Positions 12,347 through 26,391 of a stretch of 64,000 nt of DNA are shown one piece after another. The translations under genes and the position numbers were made by a program. The DNA is from Octopus vulgaris (taxonomy: Eukaryota): assembly GCA_951406725.2 (NCBI GenBank), contig OX597833.1:66774001-66838000 (forward strand), read 5' to 3'. The notes under the pieces were generated by a model. That model searched no databases. It was not told where the DNA came from and worked only from the letters and a program-made list of their open reading frames with translations. Position 1 is the first letter of the stretch, and each line of letters begins with the position of its first letter.

Positions 12347-12895
12347 TAGATATCCTTATACAGCTTTCTTCAAGGATTAACCCATGCGGATCGGGCATGC
12401 GTATCTTGAAGAGAACTGCAAAGGAATGTCAAGTTTGGAAGAATATGTACCAGGGTACACATCTCCGGAAATAATTCTCTGACAACTCTCTTTGTTAAAA
12501 CACCTGACAGTCATAGATAACTCGCCTCCAGTTCTCCAGACAAGCAAAACCAATACGCTGAGTATATGCGGCCATATTCATATATAGGTATTTATAAACA
12601 TATGTTTCTGTATGCACGAATATAGGTGTTAGTTTCTGTGCATTTGTGAACGAAATGCTGTTTATAATATTTTAGTGTTATTAATGGAAAACATGACAGT
12701 TCCATTCAATACGGAATGATGCAACACTTCATGGAATTACACATAAAACTCGAATATCTGTCGCTCTACTTCTGCTGGTTTTATTCTTGTACAATGTGGC
12801 AGCTTCGGATTTAACCAATTCTGTAAAAGTTTGTCGACTTAGAACATCTACAGTACACGTCTGCCATAGTTGTGTGAAAAGTACATTAGTAACAC

Positions 12896-13058
<163 letters not shown>

Positions 13059-13456
13059 GTATATATATATGTATATATGATGATTATATATATATAGATA
13101 GATAGATAGATATACAAATATATGTATATGTACATATATATGTATATTTATATATATATATATGTATATATATATACCATCATATATACATATACAAATA
13201 TATATGTATGTATACAAACACACACACCATGTGTGTATATATCTATGTATATGTATATATATATATATATATAAATGGGTGTGTGTGGGTGTTTGTATGG
13301 CGTGTGTCTGTGTGTATGTGTATCAGTGCTGTAGGGAAAGGAACAGTCGTTCGCAGGTGTTTAGTGATAATCTTTGATGCCCTTATAAGTGTGGAAAATA
13401 GAATTAAAGGGATGAATTTATGTGAGTAGATGGGAACTTAAACTTGCGTGTTTGCA

Positions 13457-13492
<36 letters not shown>

Positions 13493-14746
13493 TATATATA
13501 TATATATATATAAGTGTGAGTGTGTTCGTGTGTGTATGTATTCATATGTATGTGTGTTTTTGCGTGAGTGCTTTTGCTCAAATGAAGAAAATCAACATTA
13601 TCTTCTTTCTTACATGATTTCCCTTGAGATTTCTTTCTCTAAATATACAGAAATCAATTATTGTACGTCCTCCCAGACACATGCAGAAAGCCCCCACACA
13701 AACGCATACACACACCAATACATATGTATGCATGCGTGTATGTGTGTGTTGTTGTTTTTTTATTTATTTCGGTGGGCGAATGCTTCAGACATTTGTTTTA
13801 CAATTATGTGGCCTTAGTATGTTCCCACCGTGCATTACTTATGGTCATTAAGTGTCTTCTATGGTGTTTTCCATATAGATCAAAGACGCGTGATTTACAT
13901 AGTGTTGTCGAGATTCTGAAAAGTGTCGAACATGACTATAGTTCAAATATTCGGTGTTCAACTTTGTTTGTCCGCAAATTATGTTATACTTACAATTGTG
14001 TATAGAGTGCTAAAGCATTTGCGCTGAAATCCAATGTGGAACTCTTCCTCTAATACAAAGTATTGTCTCTTCATCTGGTACAGCTTCATGCTGATTCCAT
14101 AAGAATATCAGGTTATAAGTACAACACCCTGACGGCGTGATTTGACTGATATTGGGTCACCGGACGCCTGCCACTGAAGACGACCAGCATACCGAAATCA
14201 CGAGACCTGTCAGTTCCAGTAGCAGTAAAAGACGATTCACATCTTCTACGACATGTTTGATTTTAAGAACCTTGCGTCTGTATGTGAGGATTTCTCAAGG
14301 CCAACATTGCAGTATTCGGCGTTCTCACGAAGCATCCACATTAAGATGGATATAAAGATTGCCGTTTTGTATGAATACGACTTCCGTCGCTAATAATAAA
14401 ATTGGAAAGGGTTAAAATAAAATGAAATAAACCGAGCGAATTTATCTGGCCACTTAATATTGCTTGGCAGTGTCTACTAATTCAAAAGATTGTCTTCTAC
14501 CTTTATCGACATTTTCTTTCAGGATCAACGGAATCTGTATTGGTTAATAATCTCTGACACGTGTGCAGCTTAAAACGATCGATTTATCACAAGCGCCCCT
14601 CTTGAATAATTAAATGCCACACCAATTACTAGAATATCTTTGTCGCGAACCAACTCCAAAAACCCACTTCCACACTGAACATACATCGAAGAACTTGTCG
14701 TAATCTGTTGCATTTTGGAATTAATTCTGTTCACAAACAGACATAC

Positions 14747-14794
<48 letters not shown>

Positions 14795-15099
14795 GTACAC
14801 ACCCATACACACACGTCCTTGCATACATATATCCACACACTATACACAGATTACTTAATTTTCTTATGCGTTTCTTTTTGTTATCAGACAGTAAAATGTT
14901 TTTCTTCCTAATTTCTTTTTTTATTTTCTGGATTTCCTTTTTTGATTGCTCTGTTCTTTTTAAATTTATTTAATTATCTACTTTCACAATTTCCGGATAT
15001 TAAATTTCTGTTTTCTCATATAATTTCATCATCGCTCAATAAGTCTAGGAATAGTCAAGTAATAAATAATGTAATACTGATTACGCTAGTAATAGTACT

Positions 15100-15310
15100 T
15101 TCTACTATAGTCACAAGGTCTGAAATTTCGATAGAAGGGCCTGTGGATTACATTGACTCCAGTGATCAACTGCTATTTGTTTTAACGACCACGAAAAGAT
15201 AAAAGACAAAATCGACCTCGGCGGTTTTCGAACTCAGATGATAAAGACGGACGAAATACCGTTAAGTATTTTCTCTGGTGTTTCCATGATTTTGCCAGCA
15301 TTCCACCTTA
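15100..15310 (-). mobile_element. SINE family A, diverged
   Basis: tcgacctcggcggttttcgaactcag..gacgaaataccgttaag..ttttgccagc. Confidence 0.75.
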
Positions 15311-15607
15311 ATAATAAATGGGTTACTCCAAACATTCTGTTCAATGCCATAGATTTGCTTGTCAATCGCTTGACTTTAACCAGTTAAGCATGTCCCTTCG
15401 TGGCATCTCTGATCACGAGCAGAAGTAGTAGAGGATCCGCATAGCCATGGGTTGAAAGGAATTCTTTGGGGTTTGGATATTTCACCTCTGGAAACATGGG
15501 CGTTTTGTTCATCTGCCTTAAACAACCTTTATTCAGGAACCTTTTGACTAGGATGGGCTACTCGGTACGAAGAAAATTCTAACTGGGCTCCACATGCAAG
15601 GTCATGC

Positions 15608-15832
15608 CACCCAATTTGAAGAAACATCTGGAAACTTTAGAAAAAACCTACCATATTGGTGTATTGCTAAATTCGGTTTATTTGGAACTGCACGCATATT
15701 CAGTAAAGTACTGTCTGTCAGAGGTCCTTGCTGTGACTTAACAGACAGTGCAAACACTCAGTAGACACAATATCTTCAATACACATCACGATCTTGGATA
15801 CTGTGTAACGTCTATAATAATAATAATAATAA
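15608..15832 (+). mobile_element. 3' end of an R4/Dong-like non-LTR retrotransposon
   Basis: Frame-broken ..LFGTARIFSKVLSV resembles the LLGTARILRKVL C-terminus of R4/Dong ORFs. Ends in (taa)n. Confidence 0.6.
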
Positions 15833-15904
15833 TATATTTACAATATGGAGGAAAAGATTGGATTAAAAGGGTTTCCCTCGATATATATACATTGTAATTG
15901 ATGA

Positions 15905-16228
15905 TAACTATTATGGTGACGGTTGTGATGGTGGTGTCGACGACGGCAGTGATGACGATGATCATGATAAAGATGATGGTGATGTTGATGGTGACGATGG
16001 TGATGGTGATGATGGTGATGATGAGAAATTGATGGCGACGATGATGATGGCGATGGTGATGATGATGGTTATGATGCTGATGACGATGATGACGATGGCG
16101 GTGGTCCTGCTGCTAGTGATGATGATGATAAGATGACGACGATGACGATGGCGATGATGATGGTTATGATGATGATAATGATGGTGGTGGTGGTGGTGAT
16201 GATGATGATGATGATGATGATGACGATG
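15905..16228. repeat. Degenerate (GAT/GGT/GAC)n triplet tract
   Basis: In-register gat/ggt/gac triplets. Confidence 0.9.
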
Positions 16229-16430
16229 CTAGTGTTTTGTTTTGCTATACTCGATGTATAGCCAAGGCGCAGTATGAGCAACCGATGATAATTAAGATGC
16301 CTCAGCATCAAAATCCGAAATCCCCGGTGATCTGTTTATATCCGCTTTGTAGGGAGCTCAACTCCCTTGTCCGTCATTAAGCTACGGCAACCTGTGGCTA
16401 TTGACATGTTTTGACTCAAGCAATACTGGT

Positions 16431-16830
16431 CATCATCATCATTGTTCGACCGTGGTCGAGACAATGGAATTTACCATGCTACGCCAGACTTCACGGTCCA
16501 TCATAGCATTACGGAGGTCCTGTTGCTGGATGCCTGTATCCCTGGAGATTACATCAGGGTAGGAGAGTGTGCGCCCTCTGGTATCGCGAGTAGATGGCTT
16601 CCAGAAGAGAAGAGTAGAAATTACCTCTTTTTCAGCTCTACAACAATGTCCAGCAAACTGGACTCTCCTACCTTTCACAAGAGATGACACAGGTGGTAGT
16701 TTCCCATATATTTACATTTTGGTTGGATGGCGCTTCCACGAGAGATTTTGAGCTCTCATAAGGAGGCGAGTGTAGGTTCCATCCAACCGCCTCTCAAGCT
16801 TCTTTGATAACGTCCAGGTCTCTGAGCCAT
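16431..16830 (-). mobile_element. 5'-truncated RTE-clade LINE (ORF C-terminus and tail)
   Basis: Minus strand: GSETWTLSKKLERRLDGTYTRLLMRAQNLSW..RRVQFAGHC..AMMDREVWRS. (tga)n tail. TSD atactggt at 16423-16430 and 16831-16838. Confidence 0.9.
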
Positions 16831-17177
16831 ATACTGGTACTACATAGCACTCTCTGTCACTCTGTCACCCTCTGTCCATAATTTTGCCTTTAGGTTGTCA
16901 AATGGCAATAAGCCTCGCATGTAGTGAATATTTTAGAAACAGATGTTAAAATGGTATTTTCGACTGAAGGTCGCAGAGTTTGTCTGTCATGCAAATCATT
17001 AAATCAATTGATATCGAAATATAGATTACTTACTGATGTATTCAACGCAAACGTAAGCCTATTTCTGATACGTTCATTGTAATGCTTGTGTTTATCTTTA
17101 ACATGAGCTTATGGTGGTTTTGAAGCATTGGCTCTGATTTTAGCAAGTGCTATATGCCTCACTAAAGCTAAATTTAC

Positions 17178-17244
<67 letters not shown>

Positions 17245-17246
<2 letters not shown>

Positions 17247-17410
17247 AATGCGCTTGGCTTAGATTTTCCTTTGGGGCTCAAGACTAATCAGCCGAAATTG
17301 CGAGGATGATCCGGTTCTTGACTGAAGATTGAAGGCTTCGAATGTCCCGTCCGTGTTTTTTGTATCGTCTTCTAAATGTTTTGCGTTCTTGTCCCAGTTT
17401 GTGTTTTTTT
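17245..17410 (+). mobile_element. Unclassified repeat between (TA)n tracts, homologous to about 48985-49140 in reverse
   Basis: Shared taatcagccgaaatt(g/a)cgaggat..ttcttgactgaagat..ggcttcgaatg.cccgtccgt. Confidence 0.7.
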
Positions 17411-17418
17411 ACATATAC

Positions 17419-17453
<35 letters not shown>

Positions 17454-17938
17454 TATATATCGGACGTGTCACGCAATCCTCGGCTCCTACTATCCACTAT
17501 TTATATCATCTTTGCGCATCCGCACAGAGTTCGTTCGACGGCTGCAAAGGTCCTTCTGTTGTATTTGTGGTATATATATAATTATTATCCTTTTCTTGTC
17601 TTATAATTAGGCGTCATATTTATATAATGTTTTGTTCGTTTCTGTCTCACAACACATTCGCTAGCTTTTTCCCTAGTCGCCTAATAAAAGCACTGGCGCC
17701 TGCAAAATTGAACAGTATCAAAGGTAATTGGCGTGAAACTACTATGATATTTTGCGCCTTTGATAGAATAGGAAAACTCAGCTGCGAATATTCTGTGTAT
17801 CGCGTCGTCTAATTTTCAGTCTGTTTAGTTTTCGTCTGCTTTCCCGTTTACTCGCCTTTTGTCCAGCTTTCCAACTTGTATTCTTTCCGTTCAACCCTTG
17901 ATACACACACACACACACACACACATGTATGTATATAT

Positions 17939-18148
17939 GGGTTCTGAAAAGTTCATGGCTGTGACTAAGAGAAAATACAGGCGGACCAGTTAATTATTTT
18001 GAATTTGTTCAGCATATTCCCTTCTGAAATTCACACTCACTGCAGAGGTCCTTCAGTTTTTTCCTAAGCCCTGTAAAACAACTCTGAATGTTGGGCCTCC
18101 GACAAATCCTTTCGCGATACCCTTAAAGCCAGGAACATTTCAGCACCC
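17939..18148 (-). mobile_element. Mariner-derived MITE
   Basis: Terminal inverted repeats gggttctgaaaagttcatggct / agccaggaacatttcagcaccc. The interior resembles a decayed transposase C-terminus (FY..KL). Confidence 0.7.
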
Positions 18149-18169
18149 ACTAGTATATGCATACATACA

Positions 18170-18315
<146 letters not shown>

Positions 18316-18344
18316 ACTGGTACTCAGTCGATTACGACGAGGAG

Positions 18345-18560
18345 TGATCAACGGAACAGTGTGCTTCTGAAATTAACGTGCGATTAAGGTGCACGGGTAC
18401 CCTTAACATAGTTCTCGAAAGGTGACGATACTTGGCCTATAGGTACTACTCATTTCAGTCAGCTGAGTGGGCTGGACCGACGTGAAATAAAGTGTCTTGC
18501 TCAAGGACCTAATGTTCCACTGTCAGCCAAATACTCTAGTCATGAAGCGAAGCGCCTACG
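18345..18560 (-). mobile_element. SINE family C-related, diverged
   Basis: gatcaacggaacag..gaaattaacgtgc..cccttaacatagttctcg is the reverse complement of the family C tail. Confidence 0.65.
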
Positions 18561-18604
18561 TTGTATGCATATATCCACAGATACGTACATACGAACAAAC
18601 ATGC

Positions 18605-19055
18605 CTACCGATGTGACGTGGTGTTGCAGCTTGGACACGGTATAACAAAATCCGTCGGAAGAATAACCCCAAGGGCAAAGAAATAAGATCCCACAGTATT
18701 TTAGAAGCCATAGTTACTCATAATAAAGAGGTGTACTGGTGGCATGTCCCAGTGAAGACCTCAATAAAATGTAAGCACAACAGACCTGATATAATGATTT
18801 GGGATAGAGAAGAGAAACTGTGTGCAGTTGTGGAAATTAGCTGTCCAGCAGATGTTGACATAAAGCTGAAGATCGGCGAAAAAGAGAATACCTATAGAGG
18901 AATCTACAGCTGCTCTATCCAAATTACATGTTCAGTTTTATACCTGTAATTATTGGGCTTCTGTGGTAACTAACACACTGCCTAAATATCAATCTTGAGA
19001 AATTAGGCTTCTCAAAACTAGAATGGAGAAAGCTAATTCAAAGACTACAGATCTA
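18605..19055 (+). pseudogene. Fragment of an RLE-type (R4/Dong-like) non-LTR retrotransposon endonuclease
   Basis: ..YWWHVPVKTSIKCKHNRPDIMIWDREEKLCAVVEISCPADVDIKLKIGEKENTY..IPVIIG fits the PD-(D/E)xK restriction-like endonuclease pattern. Contains stops and frameshifts. Confidence 0.85.
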
Positions 19056-19271
19056 GATATGTCTAGATATGCAACTATATGCATGAGAATACATACACAA
19101 AACAAAATATACAAATTTTCACATATGCATACATACAAAAATACCTTGTTAACGTTGCTGAAATTCCAATGAAGGAAAAGTTGGATCTATGTTAGAAACC
19201 GGCTCTTTCTCTGTTGTCAATGAATCGTAAAATATGACTGAATAATGACATATATACATACACAAAATATA

Positions 19272-19502
19272 TATTTCTTTATTGCCCACAAGGGGCTAAA
19301 CACAGAGGGGACAAACAAGGACAGCAAAGGGATTAAGTCGATTACATCGATCCCAGTGCGTAGCTGCTACTTTATTTATCGACCCCGAAAGGATGAAAGG
19401 CAAAGTTGACCTTGGCGGAATGTGAACTCAGAACGTAACCACAGACGAAATACCGCTAAGCATTTCGCCCGGCGTGCTAACGTTTCTGCCAGCTCACTGC
19501 CT
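19272..19502 (-). mobile_element. SINE family A, full-length
   Basis: Colinear with 3714-3946. Confidence 0.92.
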
Positions 19503-19693
19503 CCATAGACATATATACATACACAATATATACGTAGTGAGAGATACCGTGCGTGAGAGAGAGAGAGGGAGGGAGGGAGGGAAAGAAAGAGGGAGAGTGA
19601 TGTCTAAGGAAAGAGGCAAGAGCGAGAAGAAAATATATAGTAGAGTGGATTGTAGAAACCAAAATATGAATGAGTGTGTGTATGAGTGTGTGT

Positions 19694-19742
<49 letters not shown>

Positions 19743-20440
19743 AGAATGCTACAGAAGACAGATAAAATCAGACCCGATAATCACATGAGTGAGTGTGCGT
19801 GTGTGTATGTATGTACATATATTACACATATATACATAATTATACACACCGCAGTTACACACACAGACACACAGAAACTTGAGGAATCTTTGGGAGTAAG
19901 GAGAATATTTCGGTGGAATGAAAGAAGAAAAGAATGAGTGCGTGTGTGGGTGTGGGCGGTAAGAATAGAAAGTAAGTGGAAGTGAGGAGGTTGGAGAGAA
20001 TTTTGGTGTAAGACGGAGGAGCGGTGTCAAAAGGTTAAGATGACAACCTTTTGTCTCAAAAGTGTTCTGTCACGGCAGAGTGGGACACGTGACGAAAGCA
20101 GTTCATATTTCTGGTTAGCATGGAATGTTATAAGGAACGGCAAGTTGAACGTTTCGGCTTTCGGCACCCCCCATAGGGGGTAGCTGACGGGGAAAAGGGA
20201 GGAAAGGGGCTCTCTGAGTTAAAGAAGTGTGGAGGATGTTGTTTAAGTGGGTGCATGGAAGAGAAAGCGAGAGAGTGAAAGAGAGAGTAAGAGAGAAATG
20301 GAGAGAGAAGGGTCTGATAGTGAGTATGAAAGACAAGGTAGGGAGGGTTGTGTTGGAAGAGAATGTGCGGAAGTATTAGAGAGATTATGAATCATATATT
20401 TGTACACACATACACGTTCACACATGCGTACACATGTATG

Positions 20441-20517
<77 letters not shown>

Positions 20518-20829
20518 AATATATATATATGTATATATATGTGTATATATATGTATATATATATATGTATATATATATATGTATTGGCATCCTTTCTGTC
20601 TCGGGAGACAATGGAGTTGCGCATTTTTTTTTTTTTTTTCTAGGTCTAGTCCGGCTGTTATATTTTATTTCCTGTTACATTTCTTGCTGTGGCTGTGTAG
20701 TCCTATCTGCCCAGCTTGGGGTGGGCAGTATCTAACCAATAGGACACGGAAGTCCCTCCCACCGGCAGAGGTAACCCGTAGCGTCCATATTTTACGCCAA
20801 TCTGAATGGACTTATCACTCGTAACTGTT

Positions 20830-21100
20830 ACCTCCCGTGTTGTTTCTGCAGCTTTTTACAGCAGCACTGAAGTGTCCTCTCCAGTTTTGCGCAGGCCTGG
20901 GCTATAGATAAGAAAGTCCTGGGTAGCCCAATCGTCAGGTTTCCTCTCTCGACCTTGCTGATGTAGTCCAGTGGAGTGCAGTGCATTACGTTTGGCACCA
21001 GCTTGGTTGCAGGAGCTGCCGGAAGAGTGTCGAATCGAACACTAGACCGCCTTCGGGGCTCCACTCCGGATTTCATTGAAGGTTGTCTCCTTTCCGTAAC
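20830..21100 (-). mobile_element. Probable 5' region of an RTE (BovB/AviRTE-like) LINE
   Basis: GC-rich island with ttggcaccagcttggttgcaggagctgccggaag..ctccggattt, which I recall as resembling RTE 5' UTRs. Not verified by search. Confidence 0.45.
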
Positions 21101-21202
21101 CCTGGATAGGGGCCCATACCGGGTACTGTCAGCCGGAGCTGAGCCCGGAACTCGTGTCAGGCAGGGTCGTCACTCCCTGAAGTAGTGAAGAAGTTCGCTA
21201 CC

Positions 21203-21278
<76 letters not shown>

Positions 21279-22411
21279 ATATATATATATATTCCATGGG
21301 ACATGAATAACCGAGATCACATCTTCCACCCTAAAGGAGACGCCAGGGTGATCATTCAACAGGTGAGTGGACGGCAGAAACTGTAATGAAGTGTTTCACT
21401 AAAAAAAGAAAAGCATACTGCCTGGTTTACGACTCGAAACCGCGATCATGTGTTCGCAAGTGTAACACTCTCACCATTAGTCCAGGCCTCTTCTCGTATT
21501 TTACCTTCCTCTGAATGTTTTCAGTTGAGTACCAGATGAATATTGGGGTCGATGTAATCGATTTAACCCTCTCCGCTGATATTGTAGACCTTTTTCAAAT
21601 ATTTGAGACCAATATTGTGAGAGTATTTTACCTGAAAGAATTATAACAATATTCTTTTGTAATAACGGTATTATACCAGGTATTAAAATTTTGTTTAGTT
21701 TAGTTTAGTTTAGTTTTAAAAAAGAATATAGATTTAGAAACAATTACGGTGAAATCGCTATTCACGATGAATAAATAAATAAAATTCCCACAAGAATCGA
21801 TGTGTTTTAACGAGAAAGGTTAGAGAGAGAGAGAGAGAGATTAGGACGGATCGGAATACTGTGTTTAACGAAGTATTTAAAATTACATTAATGTTGAATT
21901 CAGAATAAAAAAAAAAATGAGATTTGAGATTTAGATGCAATTAAGATAAATCGCAATTCAATTAATTTCCCCCACCAAAACATATAACAACAACAACAAT
22001 AATAATAATAATAATAATAATAGTAATAATAATAATAGTTATAATAGCAATTTTACTGCATAAAATGTGTGGCAGGTTTTGTTTTCGTTTAGGTCGTAAA
22101 AGTGAAGAGCGGAAATACGAAATAACACTATAACAGCAGTTATGTTAATGTTAAGTAATTTAGTTTAATAAGATAAGGTAGATTTTTCAAGCGAAGCCAA
22201 CCTGTTGGAGGCCAAGGGGTTGACCAAGGGCGATATTGTCGGATAATATGCATAGTTTCGTTTTGGTTACGCTTCGGAATTCAACCGGAACCGGAAAGTC
22301 TAATGACGCTGCCTCTGATTTCCGATAGGACCGTGTGGCGCATGTGCCTGAAGACACTACATCCACAAACCTCCCAGGGATAGTGAGCTGAGAAACTAGA
22401 TGGAAGGATAG

Positions 22412-22950
<539 letters not shown>

Positions 22951-23178
22951 AACAACAAAAAGAAAACATACACTTGGTTTGTTGGTATTGGGATGCTAGC
23001 TGGGACTCATTCAATCAAGGCTGGGTCACCTAGACGAAATAATCTGATATTGAAATACCCGACCCTCATCACAGAATTTCATGTTCCCGGTCGTCGGACA
23101 ATTTAGTGAATCTAAACTGTGCGACGACCGGGATGTGAATGTTTTTTGCAGCTTTAACAATAATAAAGGACACCACAC

Positions 23179-23226
<48 letters not shown>

Positions 23227-23311
23227 GCACACACGTATTTATATAAATAAATTATTTCTTCATTTTTTTACAAGAAAAAAAGGGTGAAGTTAGTGTCAAA
23301 ACATTTACTTA

Positions 23312-23828
23312 TCTCTATATATAAAACTGTAGTTGTGTGAGTGTCTGTCCCCTTCGATTTAGATTCCTAACTACTCCCACATTTTACGGTGCAGTTTAAC
23401 CAAATTCGGGTATCTTATAGTCGTGATTCATATCGAGCCCGTCTGAGTATTAGCGCGCGTCTACGATGAGTCTACGATTTTAAAAATAATTTAACATCAT
23501 TTTTTATTCCATTTTAATGCATAATTTTTCGTGTGTCGATGGCGGCGGAGTTGGCGTCCACGCTCAAACACCTGCACCTGTGTTTGCTTCTCCCCCTTCT
23601 TCCCTCCCTCGTGAAGCTGTGGGGAAGGGAGTTTAAGGAAATCAACGTCGTAATGCGTTGTCAAGGAGACCAGCGTTCTTTTAGAACAACGACTTCATGG
23701 CTTGAAGACACCAAAACAGAAATGGCTAAGAAAGCCCGAATTGGCATCTATAAGGGAAGTAACTCTCTAAAAATGCTTATATAGTTATTTCCCTTACAAA
23801 CCCGAGCAACGCCGGGCGATACTGCTAG
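23312..23828 (+). mobile_element. Non-autonomous Helitron with a distinct interior
   Basis: a|TCtctatatataaaac...hairpin cccgagcaacgccggg (23801-23816) then gatactgCTAG|t. Inserted at an A/T site with no TSD. Confidence 0.92.
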
Positions 23829-23922
23829 TAAAATATATAAAGAAGTAATCCACACAGAATGATAGAAGTAAAGAGTGTTCTTTGAGTTTAGAATTAAACT
23901 GTTTTTAAATATAATCGTGCAT

Positions 23923-23964
<42 letters not shown>

Positions 23965-25445
23965 GTGTGTGGGTGTGGGTGTCTGCGCGGAGAAGTTTTA
24001 ACTATAAAAGAAATCCCCTCTCAGCTGTCCCAGATGTATAGGTGAATGAATATACCAAAACAAAGGAGTGTCATATGCCCGACACATAATTATATTACAC
24101 ATATATAGGAAGGGGTAAATGAAGTTCGTGATTGAAACAGGACAACAAGAATAATATGAGTATTTCCGATGTAACAGAAACAGGGAGCGTAAATGAAACT
24201 AATATGCAAGACATATTTAATAAATCAATAATACAAATGAACGGGATATATAGTAGCGGTCGAAATTGCGTTCGGAGTAAAATATAAAACAGAGGATAAC
24301 TCTCTAATTGTTTCTTTAAAATGTAATTGTTTAATTAAGGTTATTAAGAAAATACTGTATAAATGTTTTGCTGTTTCATATTCTGTTAAAGAAGATATAT
24401 GTCTAACTAGAGGTTGATTTAAGACTTGTTACAACCAGGATATTCATTCGAAGAGAAACCCAACTGGTAGATTCATTATATGATTATCTAGAATATTTAG
24501 GCAATTGAAGTGTTGCCATATCCATTAAGATTTGGAAGGAAATAATATAGCGAGGACAATGTCATATATGGAACATGAACTGTTGTCTTTGTACAAATGT
24601 AGTTATAGAAATATGTACTAAAGTATACTAGTTGAAAAGGAATTCCGAGGGAATATCTTTATTTCAGTACTTGATAAGAAGAGAAACTGATTAAATATAA
24701 ATCTGAATTGAATGAGAACTTATACCTGAGTGATGTTCTCGAATAGGGCATGAATCACTTTAATACCATATTAAACCTTGTCTGAAATAATCAATAACGA
24801 ATTCTCCCTTTTCATTATATCTATATTATGAAACAGTATGTTATTTTAGTTGTATCCCTAAATTACTTTCATTATTAAAACATTTTCACTCAGTTCATAT
24901 TATTCTTCAAATATTTATTATTTTTAATAGTTATTATTTCTTAGCAGATATTAATTGAATTGCGATCCAACGTAATTGTCGTTGAATCATTTTGTTTCTT
25001 ATATTAATGTAATTTAAAATGTTCATTAAGCACCATGTTTTGATCCATAATTGTCCCTACATCCTTCTGCAGGCGAATGCGCTGATGCTTGTGGGAATTC
25101 CGTTAAAAGCGATTTTATCGTAAATGTATCGCAATCTCTAATTTTAAAATTATAGAATAATTAAAATTTAATGATTTATTACAAGAACATCAGTTAATAT
25201 TAATATAATCCTTCAGGTAAAATATATGTATATGCAAAATTCAAACACTATTTCTTTAACAGCAATATATTTTCTGACAGTATAAATCCGTCTTATTCTT
25301 GAACTCTTAAGCCAACGAATCAGAAAATATAATTATAAATAGTGTTTATTCCAGTGATTCTGAAATCCCCAAAATGGAATGGAATCCTCCAGAACTTGAA
25401 AACATAAACTATTTGTTTTCTTTCAAATTTCTTCTTTTTATATCA

Positions 25446-25842
25446 CTAGCAGTATCGCCCGGCGTTGCTCGGGTTTGTAAGGGAAATAACTATATAAGCA
25501 TTTTTAGAGAGTTATAGCCAAAAAATAGCAAAAAATGCATTAAAATTCGAAAAGAAATGATGGTAATTTTTTTTTAAATCGTTGATTCATCGTAGACATT
25601 TTTAGAGAGTTACTTCCCTTATATAATAGCGAAAAAAATGCATTAAAATGGAAAAAAATGATGGTAATTTTTTTTAAAAATCGTAGACTCATCGTAGACG
25701 CGCGCTAATACCCAGAAGGGCTCGATATGAATCACGACTATAAGATACCCGGTTTTGGTTAAACTGCACCGCAAAATGTGGGAGTAGTTAGGAACCTAAA
25801 TCATAGGAGACAGACACACAATTTGACTTTTATATATAAAGA
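25446..25842 (-). mobile_element. Non-autonomous Helitron
   Basis: Plus strand a|ctagcagtatcgcccggcgttgctcggg...tatatataaaga|t. Has an internal tandem duplication. Confidence 0.92.
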
Positions 25843-25992
25843 TTAGCTGAAATCTTCAATATCAATGTTAGGATAGTCTAACTGAGTGACTTCTTGAAGA
25901 ATGGAATATCTCGAAACGCTCAAGGAATATTCCTAAATAAATGATACACACACACACACACACACAAACACACACATGCATACACACATATA

Positions 25993-26277
25993 TCATGAAG
26001 TATATTTGCCACCTAAATGGGGCTAACCCTCAAGGGTGAATTGATGCTACCGTAGCTTGTATTCCCAAGAAAACATCTCCCCCAGCTGGCTATTGACACA
26101 CTATCTGTACCCTATCAGTATTTGCAAAAGGAATTCATCGTTCCCATTGAAAATACTGATAGGGCACAGATAGTGTGTCAATAGCCAGCTGGAGGAGATG
26201 TTTTCCTGAGGCTACAAGCTACAGTAGCATCGACCCTTAAGGGTTAGCCACATTTAAGTGGCATATATACTTCACGA
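25993..26277. repeat. Fold-back element with inverted arms of about 130 bp
   Basis: ..ccagctggctattgacacactatctgtaccctatcagtattt <spacer> aaatactgatagggcacagatagtgtgtcaatagccagctgg.. Arms continue to tcatgaag / cttcacga. Confidence 0.9.
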
Positions 26278-26314
26278 CGTCGTGCAGCTACTGTTTATAC
26301 CTCGCTCAGTGATT

Positions 26315-26391
<77 letters not shown>

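Noticed and set aside
14170-14212. CTGAAGA..GAAA motif
   Set aside because: Stems I and II do not pair convincingly.
17318-17352. gaCTGAAGA..ttcGAAT motif (also near 49010-49040 on the minus strand)
   Set aside because: It has GAAT instead of GAAA and lacks consistent stem I/NUH between the two copies.
23990-25440. 1.4-kb microsatellite-free AT-rich stretch, possibly a decayed retroelement ORF
   Set aside because: Only a faint GTIM-like motif with many stops. It needs a translated profile search.
25893-25927. ttgaaga..GAAACgct hammerhead-like remnant
   Set aside because: Too many core and stem mismatches.
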